Shown here: piece after piece, positions 9,161-17,493 of the stretch
Numbering within the stretch: position 1 is the first letter of the stretch
Layout of the letters: each line of letters begins with the position of its first letter
NCBI GenBank assembly: GCA_035934535.1
Contig: DASYXS010000097.1
Coordinates: forward strand, 1,505 to 65,504
Length of the DNA stretch: 64,000 bases
Direction: 5' to 3'
Source: a bacterium
GTDB taxonomy: Bacteria > Sysuimicrobiota > Sysuimicrobiia > Sysuimicrobiales > Segetimicrobiaceae
Translations under genes and position numbers: made by a program
Notes under the pieces: model-generated
Databases searched by the model: none
The model's input: the letters and a program-made list of their open reading frames with translations, nothing else
Told to the model about the DNA's origin: nothing

Positions 9161-10196
9161 GCCGCACCGCCGACGCGGACCGCCGCCGGAACGCCGGCGC
9201 CACGCGATCGTGCCAGATCGCGAGCAGGCCGCCCGGCTCGAACCGGCACAGCAAGACGATGACGCCGCCGTAAAAAATGTAGGTGAAACCCGTGCCGCCG
9301 CCGCCGAACAGCGCGTTGGCCGTCTGCTGAAGCGGAATCAGGATGGCCGCCCCGAGCAGCGGTCCGAAGAGCGTGCCCGCGCCCCCGAGCGCCGTGACGA
9401 TCACCATCTCCACCGAGATGAGGATGCCGAGGCCGCTGTCCGGATCGATGAACCCGATCATCACGACGTAGAGCGACCCCGCCACCGCCGTGAACGCGGC
9501 GCTGAGCATCAAGGCGTGGAGCTTGTACCGCCGCGCCGGCACGCCCAGGCTCCGCGCGGCGCGCTCGCCGGCCCGGATGGCGCGCAGATAGTAGCCCATC
9601 CGGCTCCGTTCCATCCAGGCGGTAACGCCGAGCAGCACGGCGAGGACGGCGAGGAAGAGATAGTAGTACGTGACCGATCCGCGGAAGGTGAGATCCCAGA
9701 CCGTCCGCGCGGTCGCCGGTCCCTGCAGGCCCACGGCCGCGCCGAGCAGCGGCCAGTTGCTGACGAGAATGCGAATCAGCTCCGCGACGGCGATCGTCGC
9801 CATCGAGAAGTAGTGGCCCTGGAGGCGGAACGTCGGCACGCCGACCACGGCGGCGATGGCCAGGCTGAGGGCGACGCCGAGCGGCAGGCCGAGGGCGGGC
9901 GCGGCGTGCCAGTGCGTGTAGACGAAGGCCGGCATGTAGGCGCCGGCTCCGAAGAACATCGCGTGGCCGAACGAAATCTGCCCGGCGTAGCCGCCGAGGA
10001 TGTTCCACGCGGACGCCGAGATCGCGGCGAGCACCACGAGCGCGAGCACGCGATGGTAGAACGCTCCCTGGAGGAGCAGCGGCGCGGCGAGCGCCGCCGC
10101 CGCGAGGATCGTCCAGCGCCAGCCGCTCCGGCGCAGGCCTACGGCGTGAGCCAAAGCGTCCCGGCTGGCGGGGCCCGCGCCGGCGGGGCGCGTCAC
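9150..10196 (-). CDS. livM: Branched-chain amino acid ABC transporter permease LivM
   Basis: Polytopic LivM-like permease. The track start is 10232. I prefer the GTG at 10194-10196, which overlaps the livH stop as GTGA, the coupling pattern used throughout this window. Confidence 0.85.
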   Translation of the reverse strand: MTRPAGAGPASRDALAHAVGLRRSGWRWTILAAAALAAPLLLQGAFYHRVLALVVLAAISASAWNILGGYAGQISFGHAMFFGAGAYMPAFVYTHWHAAPALGLPLGVALSLAIAAVVGVPTFRLQGHYFSMATIAVAELIRILVSNWPLLGAAVGLQGPATARTVWDLTFRGSVTYYYLFLAVLAVLLGVTAWMERSRMGYYLRAIRAGERAARSLGVPARRYKLHALMLSAAFTAVAGSLYVVMIGFIDPDSGLGILISVEMVIVTALGGAGTLFGPLLGAAILIPLQQTANALFGGGGTGFTYIFYGGVIVLLCRFEPGGLLAIWHDRVAPAFRRRSASAVRHAA

Positions 10197-11056
10197 ACCC
10201 GCTCCCCCATCAGGCCCTGCGGCCGGACCCACAGGATGGCCACGAACAGGGCGTACACGACGACATCCTTATAGACCGGCCCGATGTAGAACGCGGAGGT
10301 CGCCTCGATCAGGCCGACCAGGATCCCGGCGACCATGGCGCCCGGCACGCTGCCGAAGCCGCCGAACGCGACCACCACGAAGGCGATGATCGCGAGCGAC
10401 TCGCCCACCGTCGGCGAGATGTAATAGAACGTGGCGATCAGGGCGCCCGCGACGCCGGCCGCCGCGGCGGCCAGCCCCCACGCCAGCGCCTGCATCCGGT
10501 CCGGCCGGATGCCCATCAGCATCGCGGCCTGGCGATCTTCGGCCACCGCCAGGATCTGGCTCCCGAGCGCGGTGCCGGTGAGCAGCCGGTGCATGCCGGC
10601 GGTCAGCAGCAGGGCGACGCCGCCGGCGACCAGCTGGGCGGCGCCCACGAAAATCGGTCCGACGCGCAGCGTGCCGGTGAGCGCGGTGGTCGGAAGTGTG
10701 ACGAAGTTCGCGCTGAAGATCCAAAAGGCGGTGTAGCGGAGCAGCAGCGCGAGGCCGAACGTCGAGAGCAACTGCGCGAAGATCGGCCCGCGCATGACGC
10801 GGCGGATCAGGGCGTAGTAGACGCCCACGCCGAACAGGAACAACAGCGCGGCGGCGATCAGGGTGAACAGCGCCGGGCCGGCGTGGAGCCACACGACCGC
10901 GAGAAACGCGAGATACATGCCGGCCATGACGAAGTCGCCGTGCGCGAAGTTGACGACGTTCATCATGCCCCAGATCAGGGTGAGGCCCGAGGAGAACAAC
11001 GCGTAGACGGCCCCGAGGAGCAGGCCGCCGACGAGGACCTGGACGGCGGTGATCAC
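10193..11056 (-). CDS. livH: Branched-chain amino acid ABC transporter permease LivH
   Basis: 287 aa with a GTG start and a LivH-typical N-terminus (ITAVQVLVGGLLLGAVYALFSSGLTLIWGMMNVVNFAHGDF). Confidence 0.9.
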   Translation of the reverse strand: MITAVQVLVGGLLLGAVYALFSSGLTLIWGMMNVVNFAHGDFVMAGMYLAFLAVVWLHAGPALFTLIAAALLFLFGVGVYYALIRRVMRGPIFAQLLSTFGLALLLRYTAFWIFSANFVTLPTTALTGTLRVGPIFVGAAQLVAGGVALLLTAGMHRLLTGTALGSQILAVAEDRQAAMLMGIRPDRMQALAWGLAAAAAGVAGALIATFYYISPTVGESLAIIAFVVVAFGGFGSVPGAMVAGILVGLIEATSAFYIGPVYKDVVVYALFVAILWVRPQGLMGERV

Positions 11057-11084
11057 CGCGCGCGCACCACGAGGTTGGCGTGAC

Positions 11085-11116
11085 GCGCGCGCCGGGGCCG
11101 TCGCCCCGGCGCGCGC
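11085..11116 (-). other. Intercistronic G/C-only stem-loop between the liv SBP gene and livH (possible attenuator or mRNA stabiliser)
   Basis: GCGCGCGCCGGGGC-cgtc-GCCCCGGCGCGCGC is a perfect 14-bp stem with a 4-nt loop. It lies in the 90-nt gap after the SBP stop (11147) and before the livH start (11056). There is no U-tract. Confidence 0.5.
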
Positions 11117-11146
11117 CCGACGGTACTCGTCAGCCGAGCGGGGCCG

Positions 11147-12406
11147 CTAGGGCTGCCAGCCCTGGAAGGGCCAGGCGAGCTTCGTCTGCGCCGCCGACTT
11201 CGGCCAGACTGTTACCCACTCTGTTCCCGACAGCTGCGTGACGTAGGTGTACGCGAGCAGGTTCTGGCCCGTTTTGTCGAACCGGACGCCCTTGTAGCCC
11301 ATCATCAGCTGCTTGGCCGTCAAGTTCGTCGCGGCCAGCGCGGCCCGGATCGCCTCGGGGTTCGTCGACCCGGCCCTGTTGATCGCGTCCGCCAGCACGA
11401 GGAAGCCCTGCATGTTCCGGCCGCTCGTGTCGTCGAGGTCGCGGCCGGTCTTGGCCTTGTACAGCTGATTGATCACGTACGTCGCGCTGCCGGGCTTGCC
11501 CACGCTCCACGCGCTCCGGTTGATCGCCCCCTGCGCGAGCGTGCCGACCGTGGTGACGAACGACGGATCCGAGAATCCGGAGTCGTCGCCGATCACGACC
11601 CTGGGCTTGTACGAGAGGTTCTTGAACGTCTTCATGAAGAGGATCGAATCGGACGTGTAGCTCACGAAGATGACGGCGTCCGGGTTCTTCTCCTTCAGTT
11701 GCAGCACCTGAGCCGACACGTCCGTGCCGTTGGCCGCGTACGGAATCTGCGCCACGACGTCGTAGCGGTCCGCGGTCAGCCGCTCCTTGATGACGCCGCC
11801 GACGGACGTGCCGTACTCGGTGTTCTCGTTGACGATGGCGACGGTCTTGACCGGATGGCCCATCGCGCCGAGGTCCTTGAAGAAGCCGGAGTACGCCGCC
11901 GCGAAGTCCGGGCCGATCGGCGTCGTGCGGAACACCCACTTGAAGCCGCGTCCGGTGATGTTGGACGACGACGAATCGCCGACCATCCACGGTACGCCGT
12001 TCCGCTCGGCCACGGTGGTCGCGGCAAAGGTCACCGACGATTGGTACGCGCCGATCAGCGCGGTCACGTGCTCCTGCGTGATCAGCCGGAGCGCCTCGCT
12101 CTGCCCGAGCGACGGGTTCCCCTGATGGTCGGCGGCGATCAGGTCGATCTTCGCGCCGCCGAGCTTCGGCAGCCCGTGTCCTTCCCCGAGCGGAAGGCTC
12201 GACAGACCGGCGTGGGGCTCGTTCACAATCTGTGCGCCTACTTCGATGGCGGCCTTCGACGCTTGACCGGCGGCGCCGGAGTTGCCGCTGAGCGGCATCA
12301 GCACGCCGATCTTGACGGCGGCCGGGGCGCCGAGACCGGGCATCGGACCGGAGACCGCCAGGGCAATGACGCCCACGACCGCAGCAACCGCGAGCCACGT
12401 ACGCAT
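11147..12406 (-). CDS. Branched-chain amino acid ABC transporter substrate-binding protein (type 1 periplasmic binding fold)
   Basis: The track ORF starts at 12589, but the first 61 aa are non-protein-like. ATG 12404-12406 is preceded by GAGGAGGGCGATCGA. It gives a signal peptide MRTWLAVAAVVGVIALAVSG followed by the KIGVLMPLSG block typical of LivJ/K-like proteins. Confidence 0.88.
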   Translation of the reverse strand: MRTWLAVAAVVGVIALAVSGPMPGLGAPAAVKIGVLMPLSGNSGAAGQASKAAIEVGAQIVNEPHAGLSSLPLGEGHGLPKLGGAKIDLIAADHQGNPSLGQSEALRLITQEHVTALIGAYQSSVTFAATTVAERNGVPWMVGDSSSSNITGRGFKWVFRTTPIGPDFAAAYSGFFKDLGAMGHPVKTVAIVNENTEYGTSVGGVIKERLTADRYDVVAQIPYAANGTDVSAQVLQLKEKNPDAVIFVSYTSDSILFMKTFKNLSYKPRVVIGDDSGFSDPSFVTTVGTLAQGAINRSAWSVGKPGSATYVINQLYKAKTGRDLDDTSGRNMQGFLVLADAINRAGSTNPEAIRAALAATNLTAKQLMMGYKGVRFDKTGQNLLAYTYVTQLSGTEWVTVWPKSAAQTKLAWPFQGWQP

Positions 12407-12450
12407 TCGATCGCCCTCCTCGTACCGGACGGCGTTCCGCCGCGCCGGCA

Positions 12451-12456
12451 ATTGTG
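12451..12456 (-). promoter_or_regulatory. Putative -10 element (CACAAT on the minus strand) for the liv operon
   Basis: CACAAT lies about 45 nt upstream of the SBP ATG. The same hexamer recurs upstream of several other operons in this window (36279, 56418, 12585, 12528). Confidence 0.3.
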
Positions 12457-12584
12457 AGTGGCTCGCCGTTCGATGGATCAAAGAGACAGTCCTGCCCGGA
12501 CGCCGCGCCGCACCGCCGCGGCGCCGGATTGTGAAGGTGACGAGGTTCATGAGGTTTCCAGGCACGGACGGGGTAAATACCCGG

Positions 12585-12590
12585 CACAAT
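12585..12590 (+). promoter_or_regulatory. Putative -10 element (CACAAT) for the 12625 gene
   Basis: CACAATATT lies 35 nt upstream of ATG 12625 in an AT-richer divergent intergenic region. It is embedded in the 8-bp inverted repeat GGCACGGA...TCCGTGCC. Confidence 0.3.
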
Positions 12591-12624
12591 ATTCCGTGCC
12601 AATCGCATAAGGGGGTAAGGGAAA

Positions 12625-13140
12625 ATGCGTCGCCTCACGGGCTGCGTGCTCGCGCTGGTCGGGGTGCTCGCGCTGACCACGGCCGGGGCGGCTCAGGGCT
12701 CGGCCGTCGTTCCGGGGAAGGGGGTCGGCGACTACCAGCTCGGACAGGCGCTCGACCCGCTGGTGTCCTCGCTCGGACCGCTGCACTCATCGAGCGATTT
12801 TCCGTCGGGCACCATGACCGGTTACTACTGGCCGCTTAAGCGGATCGGCGCCATCGCTCAGAACGACTCCAAGCGGATCGTCGCGCTGGTCGTCTCGCTC
12901 GACGACACGTACAGAACCGACCGGGGCGTCGCGATCGGGTCGGAGATCGGCGCCTTCCGCAGCGCCTACGGCAAGGAAGACCGCGTCGACGAGCATCAGG
13001 ACGACAGCACCTATGTCTACGATAAGATCGGCATCGCGTTCGTGGTGGACAACGGCGGCGCGCTGGACCAGCGGGTCTCGCTGATGTACATCTTCGCGCC
13101 CGGCCAGTACGGCAGCATCTTCACCGCGCAGGGCAACTAG
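12625..13140 (+). CDS. Hypothetical secreted protein
   Basis: 171 aa with ATG preceded by AAGGGGGTAAGGGAAA and a clear signal peptide MRRLTGCVLALVGVLALTTAGAAQG. The composition is protein-like. I recognise no family. Confidence 0.65.
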   Translation: MRRLTGCVLALVGVLALTTAGAAQGSAVVPGKGVGDYQLGQALDPLVSSLGPLHSSSDFPSGTMTGYYWPLKRIGAIAQNDSKRIVALVVSLDDTYRTDRGVAIGSEIGAFRSAYGKEDRVDEHQDDSTYVYDKIGIAFVVDNGGALDQRVSLMYIFAPGQYGSIFTAQGN

Positions 13141-13174
13141 CGGTCCGCGGGACGCCGGAACCTTCCGGCCGGCG

Positions 13175-13210
13175 CGGGAAGCCGCCGATGTGGGGGCTTC
13201 CCGTGTTTGG
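13175..13210 (+). terminator. Putative intrinsic terminator of the 12625 gene
   Basis: CGGGAAGCC-(11 nt)-GGCTTCCCG is a 9-bp stem followed by TGTTTGG. It starts 35 nt after the stop codon. Confidence 0.5.
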
Positions 13211-13215
13211 CGCCC

Positions 13216-13956
13216 TCAGTACAGCCCGCCGTTGACGTCCAGAATCGCGCCGTGAACGTGCCGGGCGCGCGGCGAGGCGGCAAAGACGATCACGTCCGCG
13301 ATATCCTCGGGCCGCGCCAGCCGGCGCAGCGGTGTCCGCTCCACCATGGCACGGCGCTCCGCCTCGTTCGTGTACCGGTCGAGCAGATCCGTTTCGGTGG
13401 GCCCCGGGCAGACGCAGTTGACCCGGACGCCGGTGCCGGCCAGCTCCGTGGCGAGGTGCCGCGTCAATCCGACGAGCCCGTACTTGGAGCAGGTGTACTG
13501 CGCGCCGTTGACGAGGCTCAGGCGCCGCCCGGCGATCGACGACACGAAGACGAGCGCGCCGTCCCGCCGCGCCAGCATCGCCGGCAGCAGCGCCTGCGCG
13601 CAGAAGAGCGCGCCTCTGAGGTTGACGTTGAGCACCCGGTCCCAGCGCTCTTCCGTGATCTCGAGCACCGGATCCGGAAATCCGATGCCGGCGTTCGAGA
13701 CGAGCACGTCCACGGTCTTGAATTCGCGCGCGGCCGCCTCGGCCATCGTCCGCACGGCCGCCTGATCCGCCACGTCGACCGCCAGCGCGAGCGCGCGCCC
13801 GCCCGCCGCCGTCACCGCGGCGGCCGTCTCCTCCGGCGGCGCGAGATCGGCGGCGACGACCGCGGCGCCTTCGGCCGCGCACCGCACCGCCACGGCGCGG
13901 CCGATGCCCCGCCCGGCGCCGGTCACGAGCACCGTCTTCCCGGAGAGATCAGCCAC
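13216..13956 (-). CDS. SDR family oxidoreductase (FabG-like)
   Basis: 246 aa with a GTG start after GGAGTG. It has the Rossmann motif TGAGRGIGRA and the catalytic YTCSKYGLVG (YxxxK). It overlaps the upstream gene by 8 nt. Confidence 0.9.
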   Translation of the reverse strand: MADLSGKTVLVTGAGRGIGRAVAVRCAAEGAAVVAADLAPPEETAAAVTAAGGRALALAVDVADQAAVRTMAEAAAREFKTVDVLVSNAGIGFPDPVLEITEERWDRVLNVNLRGALFCAQALLPAMLARRDGALVFVSSIAGRRLSLVNGAQYTCSKYGLVGLTRHLATELAGTGVRVNCVCPGPTETDLLDRYTNEAERRAMVERTPLRRLARPEDIADVIVFAASPRARHVHGAILDVNGGLY

Positions 13957-15055
13957 GGCGCACTCCGGCGCGCCACCGCGCGAGCGCGTCCCAGTTGAAC
14001 CGGACGCCGTGGCCGGGACGGGCCGGCGGCGTGAAGTAGCCGTCCGCGGTGCGAATCGGCTCGTCGAGTGCTTCGAGTTCGGTCAGGTTGCCGCCGTCCA
14101 GGTCCTCGATCATCGAAGCGAGCCGGATCGCGCAGCAGAGCTGCCCCGACAGTTCCAGCACGAGATGCGGCGCCGTCGGAATGCCGTAGCCCTCCGCGAG
14201 GTGCGCGATCTTGAGGAACGGCGTGATGCCGCCGACGCGCACGACGTCCGGCTGCACGACGTCGACGGCGTCGTGGCGGAGAAACTCGTTGAACGCGGCG
14301 GCGGAAAACAGGTTCTCGCCGAGCGCGATCGGGCAGCGGACCTGCGCGCGCAGCCAGGCGTGCCCGGCAACGTCCTCCGCGGGCAGCGGCTCCTCGATCC
14401 AGTACGGATCGTACGGCTCGAAGCCGCGGATCCGCCGGGCCGCCTCGCCCGCCGTCCACTTCTGGTTGGCGTCGAGCATGAGGATCGTGTCCTGTCCGAT
14501 CTCCTCCCGCACCGCGCGGACGCGCTCGAGGTCGACGCGCGGATCGTCGGATCCCACCTTCATCTTGAACGCCCGGAACCCGCGCGCGCGCCACCGGCGA
14601 AACTGCGCGAGCAACTCCGGGATCGGGAGGTTCAGGTTGATGCCGCTCCCGTACGCCTCCGTCCGGTCCCGGCTCGCGCCGAGCAGACGGTAGAGCGGCT
14701 CGCCGGCCGCCTGGGCCTTGAGATCCCACAGCGCGATGTCGACCGCGGACAGGCCGAGCAGCGCGAGCCCGCCCGGCGCCGCGTCGCGCACCGTGCCGTG
14801 GAGGATGTGCCACGTGCGCTCGACCAGCGCCGGGTCGAGTCCGGCGACGACCGGGAGGAGATCGTCCGTCAGGAACGCGGCGATCGCCGTCCCGCCCGCG
14901 CCGACGGTATACGCCCACCCCACCCCTTCCTGCCCCGTCTCCGTGCGCAGGCGGGCCGTGATCAACTCGAACACGCTGATCGTGTGGCCGGAGCTCTGCC
15001 ACGGCTCCCGCAGCCGGATCCGATAGCACGCCGCCTCGCCGCCGGTGACCTTCAT
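13949..15055 (-). CDS. Enolase-superfamily enzyme (mandelate racemase / muconate lactonizing family, probable acid-sugar dehydratase)
   Basis: The track ORF extends to 15709, antisense to nothing real. The true start is ATG 15053-15055 (MKVTGGEAACYRIRL), overlapping the upstream stop as ATGA. Motifs are FKMKVG, MLDANQKW, WIEEP and ALGEN. Confidence 0.88.
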   Translation of the reverse strand: MKVTGGEAACYRIRLREPWQSSGHTISVFELITARLRTETGQEGVGWAYTVGAGGTAIAAFLTDDLLPVVAGLDPALVERTWHILHGTVRDAAPGGLALLGLSAVDIALWDLKAQAAGEPLYRLLGASRDRTEAYGSGINLNLPIPELLAQFRRWRARGFRAFKMKVGSDDPRVDLERVRAVREEIGQDTILMLDANQKWTAGEAARRIRGFEPYDPYWIEEPLPAEDVAGHAWLRAQVRCPIALGENLFSAAAFNEFLRHDAVDVVQPDVVRVGGITPFLKIAHLAEGYGIPTAPHLVLELSGQLCCAIRLASMIEDLDGGNLTELEALDEPIRTADGYFTPPARPGHGVRFNWDALARWRAGVRRG

Positions 15056-15912
15056 CGCGGCGCCCCCGGCACGCCGGCCGCGCCGCGATCGCGCGAGGCG
15101 AATTCGGCCGCCGCCTCGTCCATCCGCAGAAAAGCCGCGCCGAGGTCGCGCGTGGCGTCGATGAGGCGCTCCAGCGTCAGCATGCGGTGGCCCCGGCCCG
15201 TGACCTGGGGGTGGAAGGTATAGGTCAGCACGCCCCAGTCGGCCGCGCGCGCCATGTACCGGAAGTCGTCGACCCAGTTGTCGAGCACCCCGGCGGCGTG
15301 CATGAGCCCCGGCTGCAGACCGTTCGGGCCGGATGCCCGCTCGAAGTGCGGGTAGTCGTCGAGCGACCATGACACCGGCATCTCGATGAGCGGCGTCGTG
15401 TCCCCCCAGCGCGCCGCGCCGTCCGGGCCGACCTCGTCGCCCTGCCGGGCGCGGTACGGCAGATGATCGTGCGCCATCATGCTGGAGTCGTAGACGAAGC
15501 CGTGCGCGAGCAGCAGCGGAACCGTGTGCGGGCTCAGGTCCCACGACGGCGACCGGTAGCCGCGCGGGGCGCCGCCCGTGACCCGGGCGATCGCTTCCAG
15601 GCCGCGGACCAGCACGCGCTCCTCGTCGTCGCGCGACAGCGTGGCGGGCGGCTCGTGCAGGTAGCCGTGGTGGGCGATCTCGTGACCTTCCGCGTGGATG
15701 CGCCGGCACGTCTCCGGGTACGTGTCGAGCGTGTGGCCCGGGATGAACCAGGTCGCGGCGATGCGGCGGTCCCGCAGCAGATCGAGAATACGTTCCGCGC
15801 CGACGACACCGAACTCACCGCGCGAGAGCGCGGTCGGTGTCGTCTGGCCGCGCCGGACCCAGATCGAGATCGCGTCGAAGTCGAACGTCAGGCAGACCAG
15901 ATGCCGTGCCAT
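15052..15912 (-). CDS. Polysaccharide deacetylase (NodB/CE4) family protein
   Basis: 286 aa with the motifs CLTFDFDAISIW..., WFIPGHT and HEIAHHGYLHE. Confidence 0.85.
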   Translation of the reverse strand: MARHLVCLTFDFDAISIWVRRGQTTPTALSRGEFGVVGAERILDLLRDRRIAATWFIPGHTLDTYPETCRRIHAEGHEIAHHGYLHEPPATLSRDDEERVLVRGLEAIARVTGGAPRGYRSPSWDLSPHTVPLLLAHGFVYDSSMMAHDHLPYRARQGDEVGPDGAARWGDTTPLIEMPVSWSLDDYPHFERASGPNGLQPGLMHAAGVLDNWVDDFRYMARAADWGVLTYTFHPQVTGRGHRMLTLERLIDATRDLGAAFLRMDEAAAEFASRDRGAAGVPGAPR

Positions 15913-15954
15913 CGCTGCGCCCCCTTGAATCAGCCGCGTCGCGAAGCAACGCCT

Positions 15955-15993
15955 CCCCCAAGACTTCGCTGAGGAGACGCGAAGTCTTGGGGG
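15955..15993 (-). terminator. Perfect 15-bp inverted repeat; candidate terminator or processing hairpin between the oxidoreductase and deacetylase genes
   Basis: CCCCCAAGACTTCGC-(9 nt)-GCGAAGTCTTGGGGG lies in the 126-nt gap 15913-16038. It is by far the longest perfect stem I found. On the minus strand only a weak T-containing tail follows (AGGCGTTGCTT). Confidence 0.45.
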
Positions 15994-16038
15994 CCCCCGG
16001 GGCGGCGCCGTCGTCCGCCCTGCCGGGAGCGCCGCGCC

Positions 16039-17430
16039 CTACTGGTCGAAGAGGTTGTTCAGGGACTCCGCGACCGTGGGATGCGCGATCGCCGCGTCCC
16101 GCAGCGCCGTGTACGGCAGCCGGCCCATCATCGCCGCCTGGACGACGGTCATCACCTCGCCGCCCATCACGCCGAGGATCGCGCAGCCGAGGATCTGCCC
16201 TGACTCTTCGTCGACGACGGCCTTCATGAGCCCGCGCGTCTCGTCCATCTCGATCGCCCGGGCCGCGCTCTTCATCAGCATCGTGAACACCCGGACCGGC
16301 CGGCCGCGCGTGCGCGCTTCGGCTTCGGTGAGCCCGACCCGGCCGAGCTCGGGGTCCATGAACACGCAGAACGGAACGAGCCGGTTCGCGATGCTCGCCC
16401 CCCCGCCGTTGAGCAGGTTCCGCTGCACCACGCGGAAGTCGTCGTAGGAGATATGCGTGAACGCCGGCCCGCCCTTCGCGTCGCCGAGGCAGTAGACGCC
16501 CTTCACGTTGGTTTCCAGACGGTCGTTGACCCGGATGAACCCGCGCGGGTCGGTCTCGATGCCGGCCGCCTGGAGATTCAGGCGGTCGGTGTTCGGCGTG
16601 CGCCCCACGGCCACCAAGAGGTGCGACCCGGTCAGCGTCCGTTCGACGCCGCCGCTCTCCCGGACCGTCAGCCGGATGGCGCCGTCTGCGCCGCGCTCGA
16701 CCCGGCGCGCCTCGGCGCCCAGCACGATGTCGATCCCGTCGTCGCGCAGGATGCCCTCCACCGCCTGCGCCACGTCCGGATCTTCCCGCGCGCACAGCTG
16801 CCTGGCGCGCTGCACGAGCGACACACGGGCGCCGAAGCGCCGGAACATCTGGCCGAATTCGATGCCGATATACCCCCCGCCCAGCACGAGCAGGTGATCC
16901 GGCACCGCGTCGAGCTCCATGATCGAGGTCGAGTCGAGCGCCGGCACGCCGTCCAGTCCGGGCAGCGACGGCCGCGACGGCCGCGCGCCGGGGTTCAGGA
17001 AGATCAAGTCGCTCGAGAGCGCGCGGCTTCCGCCGTCGCCGAGGGTCACAGCGACCTCGTGGGGCCCGCCGAACTGCGCCTCGCCCCGGATGAGATCCAG
17101 GCCGGCCAGCTTCGCCAGTCCGCGTTCGCTACCGCCGCGAAACCTCTCCACGATCCCGCGCTTGCGTTCGCGGACCTTCGTCATATCCACGGCGACCGGC
17201 CCGGTGCGCACGCCGTAGTCGGCGGCCCGGCGCGCCAGATACGCGACGCGCGCGCTCGCGACCATCGTCTTCGTGGGCGTGCAGCCCTCGTTGACGCAGG
17301 TGCCGCCGACGTGCTCGCGTTCAACGAGCGCCGTGCGGCGCCCGGCCTCGGCAAGCGCCCGCGCGAGCGGGGTACCGGCCTGACCGGATCCGATCACGAT
17401 TGCGTCGTAGCGTGCCGCGGCCGGTGCCAT
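16039..17430 (-). CDS. Class I pyridine nucleotide-disulfide oxidoreductase (dihydrolipoamide dehydrogenase / mercuric reductase-like)
   Basis: The start is moved to ATG 17428-17430, preceded by GAGGAGG, giving [23 protein letters not shown] (FAD-binding GxGxxG). The redox-active disulfide motif is [15 protein letters not shown]-terminal dimerisation domain is present. Confidence 0.88.
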   Translation of the reverse strand: MAPAAARYDAIVIGSGQAGTPLARALAEAGRRTALVEREHVGGTCVNEGCTPTKTMVASARVAYLARRAADYGVRTGPVAVDMTKVRERKRGIVERFRGGSERGLAKLAGLDLIRGEAQFGGPHEVAVTLGDGGSRALSSDLIFLNPGARPSRPSLPGLDGVPALDSTSIMELDAVPDHLLVLGGGYIGIEFGQMFRRFGARVSLVQRARQLCAREDPDVAQAVEGILRDDGIDIVLGAEARRVERGADGAIRLTVRESGGVERTLTGSHLLVAVGRTPNTDRLNLQAAGIETDPRGFIRVNDRLETNVKGVYCLGDAKGGPAFTHISYDDFRVVQRNLLNGGGASIANRLVPFCVFMDPELGRVGLTEAEARTRGRPVRVFTMLMKSAARAIEMDETRGLMKAVVDEESGQILGCAILGVMGGEVMTVVQAAMMGRLPYTALRDAAIAHPTVAESLNNLFDQ

Positions 17431-17493
17431 ACCGGACCTCCTCGTGCCGGCCCAGGTGGCGGCCGGCCGCCATGACATTGAGGCCGGCGGGCC

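Noticed and set aside
17458-17471. Perfect 14-nt palindrome GGCGGCCGGCCGCC in the divergent region between the oxidoreductase and dehydrogenase genes
   Set aside because: It consists only of G/C. Short G/C-only palindromes of this size are expected several times by chance at this base composition. There is no second copy or flanking half-site structure.
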